A stretch of DNA of 64,000 bases from Pecten maximus (GCF_902652985.1 NC_047026.1:5208001-5272000), one strand, 5' to 3'; positions 1-11,966 are shown, counted from the first letter of the stretch. Numbers and translations are program-made. The notes: a model not told the origin generated them from the letters alone.

Positions 1-132
1 CCAATCTGGTTTAATTTACAGGTTTATATACATACCAGCATGTTATATACTTATACACACATGCATATATATGTAAGACATGGATCTACATTTTGTCTAA
101 ACTATCCATGTTATAACAGTGGAGGCCAGCCA

Positions 133-360
133 TAGTGTAATATTGCCACACAATAAAGATGGTAAATGTTGTTTAATTATATATATATGCATGTATACAT
201 GTATTATATATATCTAGAGGCAATTAATCTGTAGTGTAATATTGCCATACAATAAAGATGGTAAACGTTGTTTAATTATATATATATACATGTATACATG
301 TATTATATATATCTAGAGGCAATTAATCTGTAGCGTAATATTGCTGTACAATAAAGATGA
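133..360. repeat. 99-bp tandem repeat, about 2.3 copies
   Basis: Unit starting TAG(T/C)GTAATATTGC recurs at 133, 232 and 331. Confidence 0.8.
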
Positions 361-2256
361 CAACGCATTTACACAATAAACCTGTAAACAAGCCATGATG
401 TTATATTTACTTCGATTCGTCATCACCATTGCAATGCCATATATATGATCATACGTATATATATGCTATATATGTCATGCAAAGTTACATGATGCCATGC
501 CTTGATAGTGAAATGTACATTGTGTTATATAAAAATCTACTCTCACAAAAAATGTACACTCATGATCATGTTCATTTGACTTGTTTTTTAAATATCTACA
601 AAACTCACAAAAGGTTTGATTTTTTGTTTCAATAAGAGTCATATTGAAATTTTTAATAATCTTGTTCAAAATATAAATAACTCTCATTTAGATTGTCTAT
701 CTATATATACTGTAATTACATGTATTTTGTATTATATGTAATCTTAATGTTTTCAGCCTTAATCACGTAGTTTAATAATATACTTTATTTAATCAATTAA
801 TTTATACAATGTTACATGTATACTTTGTGTTGAAGATATTAACATCCCAAGGCCTATAGCCTTAGCTTTTGATGATGCATAGAAAGTAAAAAGGGTCATA
901 TATACATGTAGTTATATTCAGAAACTTAGATCAAATTAAACTAAACAGATGAACCCTGTTTAATGTGAAAAGGACCCATGTTTCATTAAATATCCTGTTG
1001 TGTATAAGTATTTATATACATGCTAACCCTGGGCCTGAGTACCATTAATCAATACCAGTGTTTAATCATTTCATTGTAGACCAGAGTTTTTTCAAATACA
1101 TATATAGCTGTACTCTAAAAATATGGATTCAATATTTTCTGGATATTTTCTGGCCAGTATATATATAATCCAACATGTATGCCTGAATGTCAATGAAGCA
1201 GAAAGGGTGAAAATTACAGATCGGCCAGGTTCACTCCAGTGGAGAATTGATTAAGTAACAAAATGTTCATTCTGCACACGTACAGGTTTTGATCCTCGAG
1301 AAAACATCCATTCTCCATTGTACCTACATGTGCATTTGTTTTTGATTCCACTCGTTTAACTTTTTTTTCATATTACACTGATTGGTTTAGGACAATCTAT
1401 ACATGTTTGATGCACTAAGCAAGATCCAATTTGTTTTAATTTTATAAAATTTCTCTGAAATGGCTAAACATTTGTGCACATGTACAACCCACAGGAGCAA
1501 AAATATAACCGCAAACTTTTGAATTAGGCCCACGGCCATTTAGTTTTATGAAGGGCCAGTAGATCTTACACTGGGCTGGTCCGTTAACGTTGGCTTGTTT
1601 AATTTACATTTGATACGCACCATGCCCATAATAGTGGAGAACAATCTCTGCATGGCTTGATGTGCATTTGGGTTATTTTTTATAATTTTCAGTCCAGATT
1701 GCCAAAAAATTGTTTTTTTTTTTCATGAATTGAGCTTATATATAATTACCTGAAATAATATGATTAAAGCTTCTAAAATCAGAAAGCACAGGTAACTTTA
1801 TATCAAAATATTGAGGCTCAAATACAAAATATATCAAAATCTTTTCACTTTCTTCTTTAAATTTGTAGTAATATATAATGTATGCAGTAATACACAAACT
1901 CAGAGCAGAGCAGACTGGCAGAGCAATTCGGTTTGAGCTAGCTATATATAGTACATATCTACTCCTATAAGCTAGCTATATATAGTATATATATATATCT
2001 ACTCCTATAAACTCGCTGCAGCTGTAGCAAATTGATTTGTTTTAGCAATATAATGACAATAAATCATTAGAATAGGATATTGTGTGTTCTTATATAATTA
2101 TTTGTAGTTAAAGCAGTGGGGTAGGAGATGGGAGGGGTTATTTACCTAAATCCAATTGTTTTATAATACCCAAGCAACATACCTATATATATACCTATAT
2201 ATACTGCCCCATGACATGTACATGATCTAGATCTATTGTATTGGCTATGGTTTTAC

Positions 2257-4145
2257 CTGTAGCTTTCCTGTTGTTCTTTCTGTAGGTCTGCTTTCGATCG
2301 CTTTATTTCTAGCTGTAAGGCCTGTAACTTCTGTACCAGCTTCGAGTGGACGTCCATATGGACAAAACCGTTAGGAGGCACCGGACTTCTTCGACCCGTT
2401 GGGGTGGCATCTCCACTTTCACTGTCTACAGTTAATGTCAAATCTGGGTCTCTAACGGTCGACCCTTCTGGATTCTGATTGGTCAATTCTGATTCCAGCT
2501 CATCTAAAAGATCATCATCTACTGAACCTAGCTGGCCATGCAAATGTGGTTGAACTATATCACAGTTTTGTTGTGGCGCTTTATTAAACTGTTTGTTTTT
2601 ATTTGGACTAAGGTTCGAATTAGCATCCTTACCACATGTATTTGAATTATCTCCCTTGACTTTATTGTTCGAGTCATCCTCCTCATGTTTGTCAACAATT
2701 CTACAAGCTGAGTCTGTATTTGAGTCTTTATCACTGTTCAAGGCCTGAGAATCCTTACCGGAATGTTTTTCATTGATGTCAGCTATAATACATATGGAAT
2801 TATCGGTGTCTGTATCTACAGTACCTTCAGACACAGAGTTACTTCCCCTATTTGTAGAGCATTGGGTACTACCATTTTCTAATCCCTGACTAGCTGTACA
2901 GTCTCCATTGCCAGGAGTCTCAGAAAAGTTTGACACAGTGCTGTTGAAACTTGTTGACCCGATTTCATTTTGACTAGAATATTGATTTTGTGGACACACA
3001 GACACAGATTGGTGATTTGAAGTTTCTACAGTCCCATCCGATTCTATACTATCCACAGTCACAAGAGATTTAGATATCACACAATTATTTGATGGTCCCT
3101 GATTTATATTACTAGTTCCTTGGCTCACACTTTCACAATCATTTGGCTGACTATGAGAATCAGATGGTTCTGTAGACCCGCGCACTTCATCGGAGTCTTG
3201 ATCACATTCTGGCTCCCAAGACTCTCCGCTTTCACCACGCTCAAGCTTCTTTTTAACATTGAGTAATTGTTTGTCATGGACACTACCCAATTCATCCTCC
3301 AAAAGAACATTACTGGCACCTTTAGTCACATCTCCCTGTACACTGACCGCTTCCTCTACCTCTTCATTATTTGCTTCCTTGCATGCCCCTGCTGGGAGAC
3401 TTGACCTCTCTAGACTGCTCTCTGGCAAGTCCTGGTCAGTTATGGCCTGATTTCCACTGACCATATCGGAATCTGCTTCGACAGACTCACTTACCACATC
3501 AGAATCTGCCTCAACCAAATCTCTAGCTGATTCAACCATAGGGATATTTTCCTCTGCATAATTATCTCCCCTTGTTCTGCAGGACAAATCATTTTCAACC
3601 AGATGTCTGTCCGATTCTGTTTCCATTTCTCTGTCTCCAAGGTTACCTTTAACCTTTATCACACCAACATCCGCCTCAGCTAAATCACATGCCAATGGGG
3701 ATTGTTCATTGTTTGCTATAGATTCCACATTATCATCTCCCCCAGTAGAATAGCTTGGGTCTACTCCTTCATTACGATTATCTCCCCTTTCTTCATAGTT
3801 CCTATTTTGCTGTCCTTCTACAAGGGATGCCCCTTCAGCTGTTGGCATAACAAAATCCTCTGTTTCAGAGTCAGAATCTGCTTCCTCCCCTGTTTCAGTT
3901 TGGCTCTTCTCATCTTGATTGTCAGCCACTGACTCGGCAACAACCTGATGAGCTCCTGCCTCATCCTCTGCCTCCAGCTCAGCCTCTGTACCCTCCTCTA
4001 TGCTATCCTCACTCTCAGCCTCATTCCTGTCCTGTCCTTCTGCACCATCTTCACCTTCAGCTCCCTCTGGAAGGTAAACTTCTGCTTCATCTTCAGGGTG
4101 TGGGTTTTCTGTTACATCTTCATTCTCCTTGTCAACGCCGGACAT
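2257..4145 (-). CDS. CCDC186: Coiled-coil domain-containing protein 186, first coding exon (gene continues left of the window)
   Basis: Exon 4156-2257 has acceptor ttttcttgtttgtcAG (4158-4157) and donor AG|GTAAAA (2256-2255); ATG at 4145. A long acidic low-complexity region ends in DDDLLDELESEL...VPPNGF followed by the start of a coiled coil. This resembles the EDLLEEIESEL...VPNGM segment of vertebrate CCDC186 as recalled. Confidence 0.7.
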
Positions 4146-4925
4146 GATCAGTGAACCTGACAAACAAGAAAATTTTAAATCAAAACATTTTAATTTCCTG
4201 CAAAAATAACCAATGGCCTAATGATCTATGAATGGATAGTTTAGGAACTGTGTCATGGCAGAATATTCTTATTTTAAACAATGTAGTTATGGAATTTTGA
4301 AAAGAAAAGAAATCGAATTTAGGCCTAAAAATACCTGTGTTTTCACTAACACTAGGTCTGTTTTAATTTAATATCCTATATTTTTGTGCAATTTTCACGA
4401 AAGGACTATATAGCTACTAAAGTCAAGATTCTTCGCCTATATAACCTATGAAAAAAACTATCTGAAAAATCAAAAGATTTTCCCACCTTTATGCTATATA
4501 CAGTATATATATACATGTATACCTACTCTGTTTTTTCTGGCATGTATATATAGTATAGTAGAAACGCATGTACTATTTTTAGGCCTTGTGTCACTCTTCA
4601 TAGAAAAGCAGTTGTGGACAAGCATTGAATATAGTTATATGAATTTCTGTCATTTCTTTTAATTACACACAAGCCATAGTAACATTTAAGGATCCCCATT
4701 TTATACATATACTTATATGTCAGTGTGTTGTTAAAACATTTTACAGCAAATTATATTTAACACAATTTTTTATGCCGAAACTACTTTCATCCAGCTTTTT
4801 AGTCAAGTTTATAAGCAAACGATAAAATCTCGTTCGCTCAGGTAAGAGGCCTTACTCTTGATTTTTCATTTCAATATATAACAGCAGCAATGATCAAGAC
4901 CATGTCATATACACATGAGGGGCCC

Positions 4926-5776
4926 TGTGCTGTTACATTTGTTAAGAAAACTCAATTTTAGTTAACCTGTTATAAGAGTTGTTTCCCTTTGACTGTAAAA
5001 TGCGTTTTTGGTATTTTCGCGCCACCGAGAACTCTTTAGTGAAGAAGGTGAGAAAAAGTGATAGTAAACTAAACCATGATGTGATAAGCTGTGCGGCGAG
5101 CGATTGGGAAAGTTTTCGGAAGTTTGGGAGACCATAATGTAAGTTTTATAGGTATTGTTATTATGAACATGTTGCAATATGCTGCAATAGAGAATGTTGT
5201 AATGTTACTGTCAGAAATCAGTCATAATAAGCCCTGGCATTTGTCGCGATAAACAATGCCATGTGGTGGAGTCATTTCGCCCATATATTTCCTGTCATAA
5301 TTTGTGTAGATTTTGGGTCGAGTTGACCTAGTCATATGGAAGTGATATGATATGGAGTACTGTGTAAGCTTTACCAATGTATGAGAATTGTATGTTTTCG
5401 TCTCGAATAATATTCAGATGAAGTAAATTAGGTTTGGTTTGGAATTAATCAGTTTATAGTATAGAATATGTGATGAATACAAAGGCACATTGTCATTAAT
5501 GATCAAGTCACATTGATAGTCGATCTACTTGTAGTTAAGTACTTTTCAAGTACATTTCAAGTTTGTTCAAGTACATTTCAAGTTTGTTCAAGTACATTTC
5601 AAGTTGAGCTGTATTGTGAAATATCAGTCAAGATGCTTTGTAAGTCTATTCATTATTCTAAAACAGCTTTATTTCTGTTTGTTACAGTCCTTTACTACTA
5701 CTATGGAATAAATTACTACGCACTTAAAGCAGCTGTCTCGGGTATTTTGTTATCGCCCTGATCTCGTGCAAGTACA
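4926..5776 (+). repeat. 5' LTR (851 bp)
   Basis: Appears identical by eye to 12116-12966 (offset 7190; the ORF track gives identical peptides in both). AATAAA at 5707-5712; internal 21-bp tandem repeat at about 5545-5605. Confidence 0.97.
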
Positions 5777-5846
5777 GTAAAGGAATTACCAATTACCTCC
5801 CCTTTTGCTGTCCGGAACTCTCTCGAGTAAATGGAACACAGATGTC

Positions 5847-8800
5847 ATGGCCAGCAATTCAGGAAAAGAAACTGACTTTGCTCAACATCAGTCGGCTACT
5901 AGTGAACGACGACTCATAACCATGACTGAAAAGGCTGCAGAATTGTTCTCAGAAAGAGTCAGAACATTTCAAGATAAATTACACACAGCATGGGTCGCAG
6001 TCCAAAATGAATTGGAACTAGGATCAAAATGTGAGGGTAACGCAGAACTCTTAAAGAAAGCTCACTCTTCAATATGCTTAGCATACGCAAGTTATCGCTT
6101 AGTATCTCGTGAGTATGTTTCCTTCCTTGGCGGCGCAAGGTCAAAGAAGGGCGAAGAACTTTTACAACGACATGATGTTGATGACAAACTCAATGATGAT
6201 CTTGTCAGTAAATTTCTGCAGGGAATTGAGACAAAAAGGACACAAATGGACATTGATGAAACTAGGTCAACATCAAGAAGGTCACGAGGTTCAAGGACAT
6301 CAGCAAGGTCACAGGGCTCAAGTACAAACTCATTTATTAAAGCAAAAGCAAAGGCTGAAGCTGCTAGAGCAGGGGTTGCATTTACTGAGAAAAGGGCTTT
6401 GCTTCTCAAGCAGCAGGCTATTTTAAAGGAACAAGAAGCCCTATCAGTAGCACAGGCAGAAAGAAAATGCCAAGAAATTGAGGCTGATCTACAACTGTTG
6501 CAGGATCAAAAGATGTGTGCAGAGGCAGAAGCCGAGCTGGAAGCATTGGAGACAGTTGATGGGTGGGACGACGACGGACAGACGTCGGGTCTGGAAAGGA
6601 AAAATGTTGTTCCGTCAGATGTGAATCCTAGGGAACGTGTTCAACAGTATATAAATGAACATTCAACAACTTATGAGTCAAACAGTCCCATAACTCATGA
6701 CCAGCCAAATACACATTTGAATAACATGTCTCGACAACCAACTAGATTTATTAGTCCTCAATTGCCCACAGAGTCAGCAGTCGAGGGTCAACAACAACCA
6801 TCTACAGATTTGGGTTATCGGTCGTCTCATAGAGCTTTAAACCCCATGGTAGAAAACTTTGTTCCTGCAACTATAACAACAGAAATTTCAAGATTTATGC
6901 TGAGAAAGGACTTGTTGTTTTCAAGACTCACATCTTTTAATGACTCTCCAGAAAATTTTCTCCCCTGGAAAGCTGGATTCTTAAATGTTGTTAAAGAACT
7001 TGGTGTTTCCCCCACAGAGGAATTAGATCTATTAGTTAAGTGGTTAGGTCCAGAATCATCAAAACACGCAATCAGCATTAGGTCGTCCAATATAAGCAAT
7101 CCAGAGAGAGGATTACAGAGAACTTGGGAGAGACTAGAGGAGCGTTATGGTTCTCCAGCATTGATAGAGTCGACGTTAAAAAAGAAAATAACTGCACTGC
7201 CAAAGATAACTAACAAAGATTGTGCAAAACTTTATGTACTTCATGATACACTTATGGAAGTTTCATCGGCCATGGAAAATGAGAAGTACACTGAACTCCT
7301 TAGCTACTTCAACTCATCGACTGGGGTCAACCCAATTGTACAAAAGCTTCCTTATCACCTCCAAGGAAAATGGACTCAGAAAGCAACGAAATACATGAAG
7401 GCATATGGTGTCAACTATCCACCATTCTCAGTATTTTGTGACTTTGTGAACGAGATGAGTTCTATGCTTAATAATCCAAGCTTCATGTATGATGACACAT
7501 CTGTCACCAGAGACAGCACAAACAAGAACAATGTCAATAGTACCAGACCATCAAAGGTCAAGTCCTATAAAACAGAAGTTGAAACCGTTAAAGATGTTCA
7601 TGCGAAGGGCAAGAATAAACCTACGTGTCCATTTCACAACACTGAGGGGCATTCACTAAATTATTGTCGTACCTTTAAATCAAAACCATTGAATGTGAGG
7701 AAAAGGTTTATCAGAGACAAGGGTTTATGTTTCAAATGCTGTGAGAAATCAGACCATATTGCCAAAATGTGTGGAGTGAATGTAACATGTAGTGTTTGTG
7801 ACAGCAACAGTCATCCGACAGCCTTACACGTTCATGGCGGGGAGAGAAAAGAAAATACAGAGACCAGCAGTACATACGGTCAACGAGTTGAGGATATTAA
7901 GACGGCATGCTCCAGAGTTTGTGGTGAGGTCAACTCATCTGGGAAATCCTGTGCTAAAGTAGTACTAGTCAAAGTTCACCCAAAGGATTCTCCAGAGAGA
8001 ACTTTCCAAATGTATGCCTTGATCGATGATCAAAGTAACAGATCTCTTGCCAAACCAGAATTCTTCTCTATGTTTCACGATGAGAATTATAGCGAGGTAC
8101 GCTATTCCTTGTCGTCCTGTGCAGGAGTGATTGAAACATCAGGCCGTAGGACGGAAACTGCAGGATTCATTATCCAAGACCTTGAGGGCAAATCATCTAT
8201 TGAGCTACCCAGCCTAACAGAGTGTAGTGAAATTCCAGATGTCAGAGAAGAAATACCAACACCAAATGCTGCCAGAAATCATTCACACCTTCAGGAAATT
8301 GCATCGAAAATCCCAGAGCTCGATGACAAATCTCAAATACTATTACTTTTAGGGAGAGATCTACCTGAAGCCCACCACGTTCTAGAACAGAAGACTGGTT
8401 GCAGAGGATCACCATACGCACATAGATTGCATCTTGGCTGGGTTGTCGTTGGCGAGACTTGCCTGGGCCAAGTTCATAGATCTGGATCAGATGTTTTCAA
8501 TGTTAAGAAAACATATGTGCTTAAAGATGGAAGACATTCTGTGTTTTCACCCTGTGAAAACCGCTTTGAACTTAAGGAAAACAAAAACAGTGATGACGTG
8601 TTTAAGATAACAAAGCACGACAACAAGGTGGGATTGTCGGTGGACGACAAACAATTCCTGGAAACTATGGACAAAGATTTCAGGAAAGAACACAACGGTA
8701 ATTGGAGTGCTCCACTTCCGTTTCGCACAATGAGGCCCAGATTGCCAAACAATAGGAACATGGCATTGAACAGGGCGCGCAACTTGTCAGCTAGCTTAAG

Positions 8801-11800
8801 GAGGGATCCTGCAAAAATGGAACATTTCGTAACATTTATGAAACGAATGTTTGACAACAACCACGCAGAGTTAGCTCCCCTTATGACTTCAGATGAGGAA
8901 GGTTGGTATCTGCCTATCTTTGGGGTGTACCACCCAAAGAAAAGAGACCAAATACGTGTTGTATTTGATTCATCAGCAAAATACAACGGTCTATCATTGA
9001 ACAACGTTTTGATGTCCGGGCCAGATCTCACCAACAACTTATTAGGAGTTCTCATGAGGTTTAGACGAGAACCTATTGGTGTGACAGCAGATATTCAACA
9101 GATGTTTTATCAGTTTAGGGTAGAAGAAGAACATCGTAACTTCCTGCGATTCTTCTGGTTTAAAGACAACAATCCCGACCTAGAACTTGTAGAATATCGC
9201 ATGTGTGTACATGTCTTTGGAAATAGTCCGTCTCCCGCGATAGCTACATATGGCCTCCACAAAAGTGCGGAAGCGGTTGAGGAGATCTACGGTGAGGATG
9301 TGACAGCGTTTGTACATAAGGACTTTTATGTCGATGACGGTCTGGCTTCGTTTTCAAATGTTGAAACTGCTATAGATGTGATGCAACGTACACAGAATGC
9401 ATTGGCTTTCGGAGGAAACTTGCGCCTACATAAGATAGCATCAAATAGTATGGATGTCATGAGTGCATTTCCAAAGGAAGATTTAGCTGGGGATCTAAAA
9501 AACTTGGACATATGTCAACAAGGCTTACCCCTACAAAGGAGCTTAGGGTTGACATGGGATTTGAACTCTGATAACTTTAAGTTCATTATACCGGAAGAGG
9601 TAGCTAACAGGAAGTACACCAGGAGAGGAGTTTTATCCACACTCAACAGCATTTACGATCCTCTGGGTTTCATCTCGCCAGTAGTGGTTCATGGAAGGAT
9701 CTTAATGAGGGATATGATAACAGAACAGACAGACTGGGATGAACCATTGGACATAAAATACAAAGAAGGTTGGGTTAAATGGTGTCAATCATTGAAGGAT
9801 TTGGAGGACTTGTCAATTTCTCGAACATACCTCCCAATTTCCCTGTCTAGCACTTCAGAACAGGAAGTCCACATATTTTCGGATGCTTCAGAGAAGGCAA
9901 TTTGCGCAGTGGCATATATGAAAGCAACAGACATAAATGGAGATACACATGTTGGATTCATTATTGGAAAATCCAAAGTATCACCTAAGCACGGTCACAC
10001 GATACCTAGGCTAGAATTATGCGCAGCAGTCATTGCGGTAGAGCTTTCAGAGACTGTGTCGGAACATTTGTGCTTTCCTGTGGAGCAGATGAAGTTCTAT
10101 ACCGATAGTAAAGTCGTGTTAGGGTACATCAATAACCGCGTCAGGCGTTTCTATGTTTATGTTGAGAATCGTGTCAACAGGATTCTGAGGACGACTCTAC
10201 CTAAACAGTGGAGTTACGTGTCAACCAATGACAACCCGGCAGACTTAGGAACACGACCAGTCTCATCTCATCTGCTAGATTGTAGTGATTGGATTCGAGG
10301 CCCAGAATGTATTCATACCTGCGAATTGACCTCTGATGAAACATTTCAGCTCCAATACCCTGAAAAGGACTCAGAAATTCGTCCTGAAGATGAAGTGCAT
10401 TGTTTAAAACTCTCAGTTCGTGGACACCATGAGTATGATCTTGGCACCAAACGTTTTGAGAAATTTTCGCATTGGGAAAATTTGGTACATGCTATCATGT
10501 TCCTGAAGAGTTTTGCCCAGAGACTATCAGTTCAGAAATGCAGCATGAGATCTACACTGGGAGAGAAGCCGATTGCACAGGATTTGAGAGCTTCCGTCGA
10601 GAGACTCATTATAATAGAAATACAGAGAGAGGCATTCAGTAGGGAAATAAATTGTTTACTGAATGGCAAGGAGCTCCAGAAGGACAGTAGTATCCGGAGT
10701 TTGAATCCTTTCATTGACAATGATGGTATTGTTAGGGTTGGAGGACGCTTGAACAATGCTGACCTCAGCAAAATGGAGAAAAATCCTGTTTTGATCCCTA
10801 GACGTCATCATGTAGCAACATTATTAATTCGTCACTATCACGACAAAGTCAGACACCAAGGCCGCCTTCTGACTGAAGGAGCAATACGAAACGCTGGGTT
10901 TTGGATCGTTGGATGTCGACGCATGATAAACTCGTATCTTCGTAAGTGTGTCCGGTGTTTGAAATTACGAGGAAAGCAACACTTTCCTAAGATGGCCGAT
11001 CTTCCATGCGATCGGTTGGATCCAGCTCCCCCATTCAGTTTCATTGGAATAGACGTTTTCGGACCATGGACTGTCCTCAGTAGGAAAACGCGTGGTGGGC
11101 AGGCTCATTCGAAGAGATGGGCTGTGATTTTTACATGTTTAGTCATCCGTGCTATTCATATAGAGGTGATTCAAGAAATGACATCATCCAGTTTCATAAA
11201 CGCACTTCGTCGTTTCATTTCATTAAGAGGAGAGATCAAACTCATTCGATCGGATTGTGGAACCAACTTTGTTGGAGCAGCAAAAGATATTGGTGCAAAC
11301 ATTATTGATATCGAAGAACCCAATCTTAAAGCCTTCTTAGCACAGAAAGGCATCTCTTGGAGGTTCAACCCGCCTCATTCATCCCACATGGGTGGGGTCT
11401 GGGAGCGTCTGATTGGCATTTCGCGGAGAATTCTTGATTCACTCCTTTTGGATGTTCCGCACAAAAACCTTACACATGAAGTCCTCTCTACATTCATGGC
11501 AGAGGTTTGTTCCATTATAAACGCGAGGCCCCTTACAGGTGTTCCATCGGACCCGGAGTCTCCTATGCCACTGACACCATCAACCTTGTTGACATTGAAG
11601 ACGAATCATACAGTGGAGTCCTTCTGTATTGAGGAATTCTCTCCGATGGATCTTTACAAAAGTCAGTGGAGGTGCGTTCAACAACTCGCGAACTGCTTCT
11701 GGAAAAGGTGGAAGAATGAATTTCTTTCATCTCTACAGGCAAGACGGAAGTGGCAGAGCGAAAGCAAAAATGTTACTGAAGGGGACGTTGTCCTCGTCCG

Positions 11801-11966
11801 AGACAAAACGCTACATCGTAACGAGTGGCCAATGGCTGTCATTAGTAAAGCCATTCCTAGTGAAGATGGTCGTGTCCGCAAGGTGGAAGTGCGTGTTGGG
11901 AGAGATAAATTTTACCTCCGACCTGTCACTGAGGTGGTAGTTCTTGTGCCCAAAGGATTGGAGTAG
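5847..11966 (+). CDS. BEL/Pao Gag-Pol polyprotein (Gag zinc knuckles, protease, RT, RNase H, integrase)
   Basis: Uninterrupted ORF, open from 5805 with first ATG at 5847. Three Cys/His boxes (CPFHNTEGHSLNYC, CFKCCEKSDHIAKMC, CSVCDSNSHPTALH), protease ALIDDQS, RT FYVDDGL, Pao RNase H FSDAS...TIPRLELCAA, and integrase HHCC plus DVFG/SDCGTNF/WERL. Domain order is typical of BEL/Pao. Confidence 0.97.
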   Translation: MASNSGKETDFAQHQSATSERRLITMTEKAAELFSERVRTFQDKLHTAWVAVQNELELGSKCEGNAELLKKAHSSICLAYASYRLVSREYVSFLGGARSKKGEELLQRHDVDDKLNDDLVSKFLQGIETKRTQMDIDETRSTSRRSRGSRTSARSQGSSTNSFIKAKAKAEAARAGVAFTEKRALLLKQQAILKEQEALSVAQAERKCQEIEADLQLLQDQKMCAEAEAELEALETVDGWDDDGQTSGLERKNVVPSDVNPRERVQQYINEHSTTYESNSPITHDQPNTHLNNMSRQPTRFISPQLPTESAVEGQQQPSTDLGYRSSHRALNPMVENFVPATITTEISRFMLRKDLLFSRLTSFNDSPENFLPWKAGFLNVVKELGVSPTEELDLLVKWLGPESSKHAISIRSSNISNPERGLQRTWERLEERYGSPALIESTLKKKITALPKITNKDCAKLYVLHDTLMEVSSAMENEKYTELLSYFNSSTGVNPIVQKLPYHLQGKWTQKATKYMKAYGVNYPPFSVFCDFVNEMSSMLNNPSFMYDDTSVTRDSTNKNNVNSTRPSKVKSYKTEVETVKDVHAKGKNKPTCPFHNTEGHSLNYCRTFKSKPLNVRKRFIRDKGLCFKCCEKSDHIAKMCGVNVTCSVCDSNSHPTALHVHGGERKENTETSSTYGQRVEDIKTACSRVCGEVNSSGKSCAKVVLVKVHPKDSPERTFQMYALIDDQSNRSLAKPEFFSMFHDENYSEVRYSLSSCAGVIETSGRRTETAGFIIQDLEGKSSIELPSLTECSEIPDVREEIPTPNAARNHSHLQEIASKIPELDDKSQILLLLGRDLPEAHHVLEQKTGCRGSPYAHRLHLGWVVVGETCLGQVHRSGSDVFNVKKTYVLKDGRHSVFSPCENRFELKENKNSDDVFKITKHDNKVGLSVDDKQFLETMDKDFRKEHNGNWSAPLPFRTMRPRLPNNRNMALNRARNLSASLRRDPAKMEHFVTFMKRMFDNNHAELAPLMTSDEEGWYLPIFGVYHPKKRDQIRVVFDSSAKYNGLSLNNVLMSGPDLTNNLLGVLMRFRREPIGVTADIQQMFYQFRVEEEHRNFLRFFWFKDNNPDLELVEYRMCVHVFGNSPSPAIATYGLHKSAEAVEEIYGEDVTAFVHKDFYVDDGLASFSNVETAIDVMQRTQNALAFGGNLRLHKIASNSMDVMSAFPKEDLAGDLKNLDICQQGLPLQRSLGLTWDLNSDNFKFIIPEEVANRKYTRRGVLSTLNSIYDPLGFISPVVVHGRILMRDMITEQTDWDEPLDIKYKEGWVKWCQSLKDLEDLSISRTYLPISLSSTSEQEVHIFSDASEKAICAVAYMKATDINGDTHVGFIIGKSKVSPKHGHTIPRLELCAAVIAVELSETVSEHLCFPVEQMKFYTDSKVVLGYINNRVRRFYVYVENRVNRILRTTLPKQWSYVSTNDNPADLGTRPVSSHLLDCSDWIRGPECIHTCELTSDETFQLQYPEKDSEIRPEDEVHCLKLSVRGHHEYDLGTKRFEKFSHWENLVHAIMFLKSFAQRLSVQKCSMRSTLGEKPIAQDLRASVERLIIIEIQREAFSREINCLLNGKELQKDSSIRSLNPFIDNDGIVRVGGRLNNADLSKMEKNPVLIPRRHHVATLLIRHYHDKVRHQGRLLTEGAIRNAGFWIVGCRRMINSYLRKCVRCLKLRGKQHFPKMADLPCDRLDPAPPFSFIGIDVFGPWTVLSRKTRGGQAHSKRWAVIFTCLVIRAIHIEVIQEMTSSSFINALRRFISLRGEIKLIRSDCGTNFVGAAKDIGANIIDIEEPNLKAFLAQKGISWRFNPPHSSHMGGVWERLIGISRRILDSLLLDVPHKNLTHEVLSTFMAEVCSIINARPLTGVPSDPESPMPLTPSTLLTLKTNHTVESFCIEEFSPMDLYKSQWRCVQQLANCFWKRWKNEFLSSLQARRKWQSESKNVTEGDVVLVRDKTLHRNEWPMAVISKAIPSEDGRVRKVEVRVGRDKFYLRPVTEVVVLVPKGLE

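Noticed and set aside
4146-4163. ORF-track start (MSGSLI) for the 636-aa ORF
   Set aside because: It begins at a non-ATG codon within the intron's acceptor tract; the first ATG is at 4145.
4962-5761. Short ORFs in the LTRs (71 and 82 aa, duplicated at 12152 and 12703)
   Set aside because: Non-ATG starts and no recognisable motifs; their duplication only reflects LTR identity.
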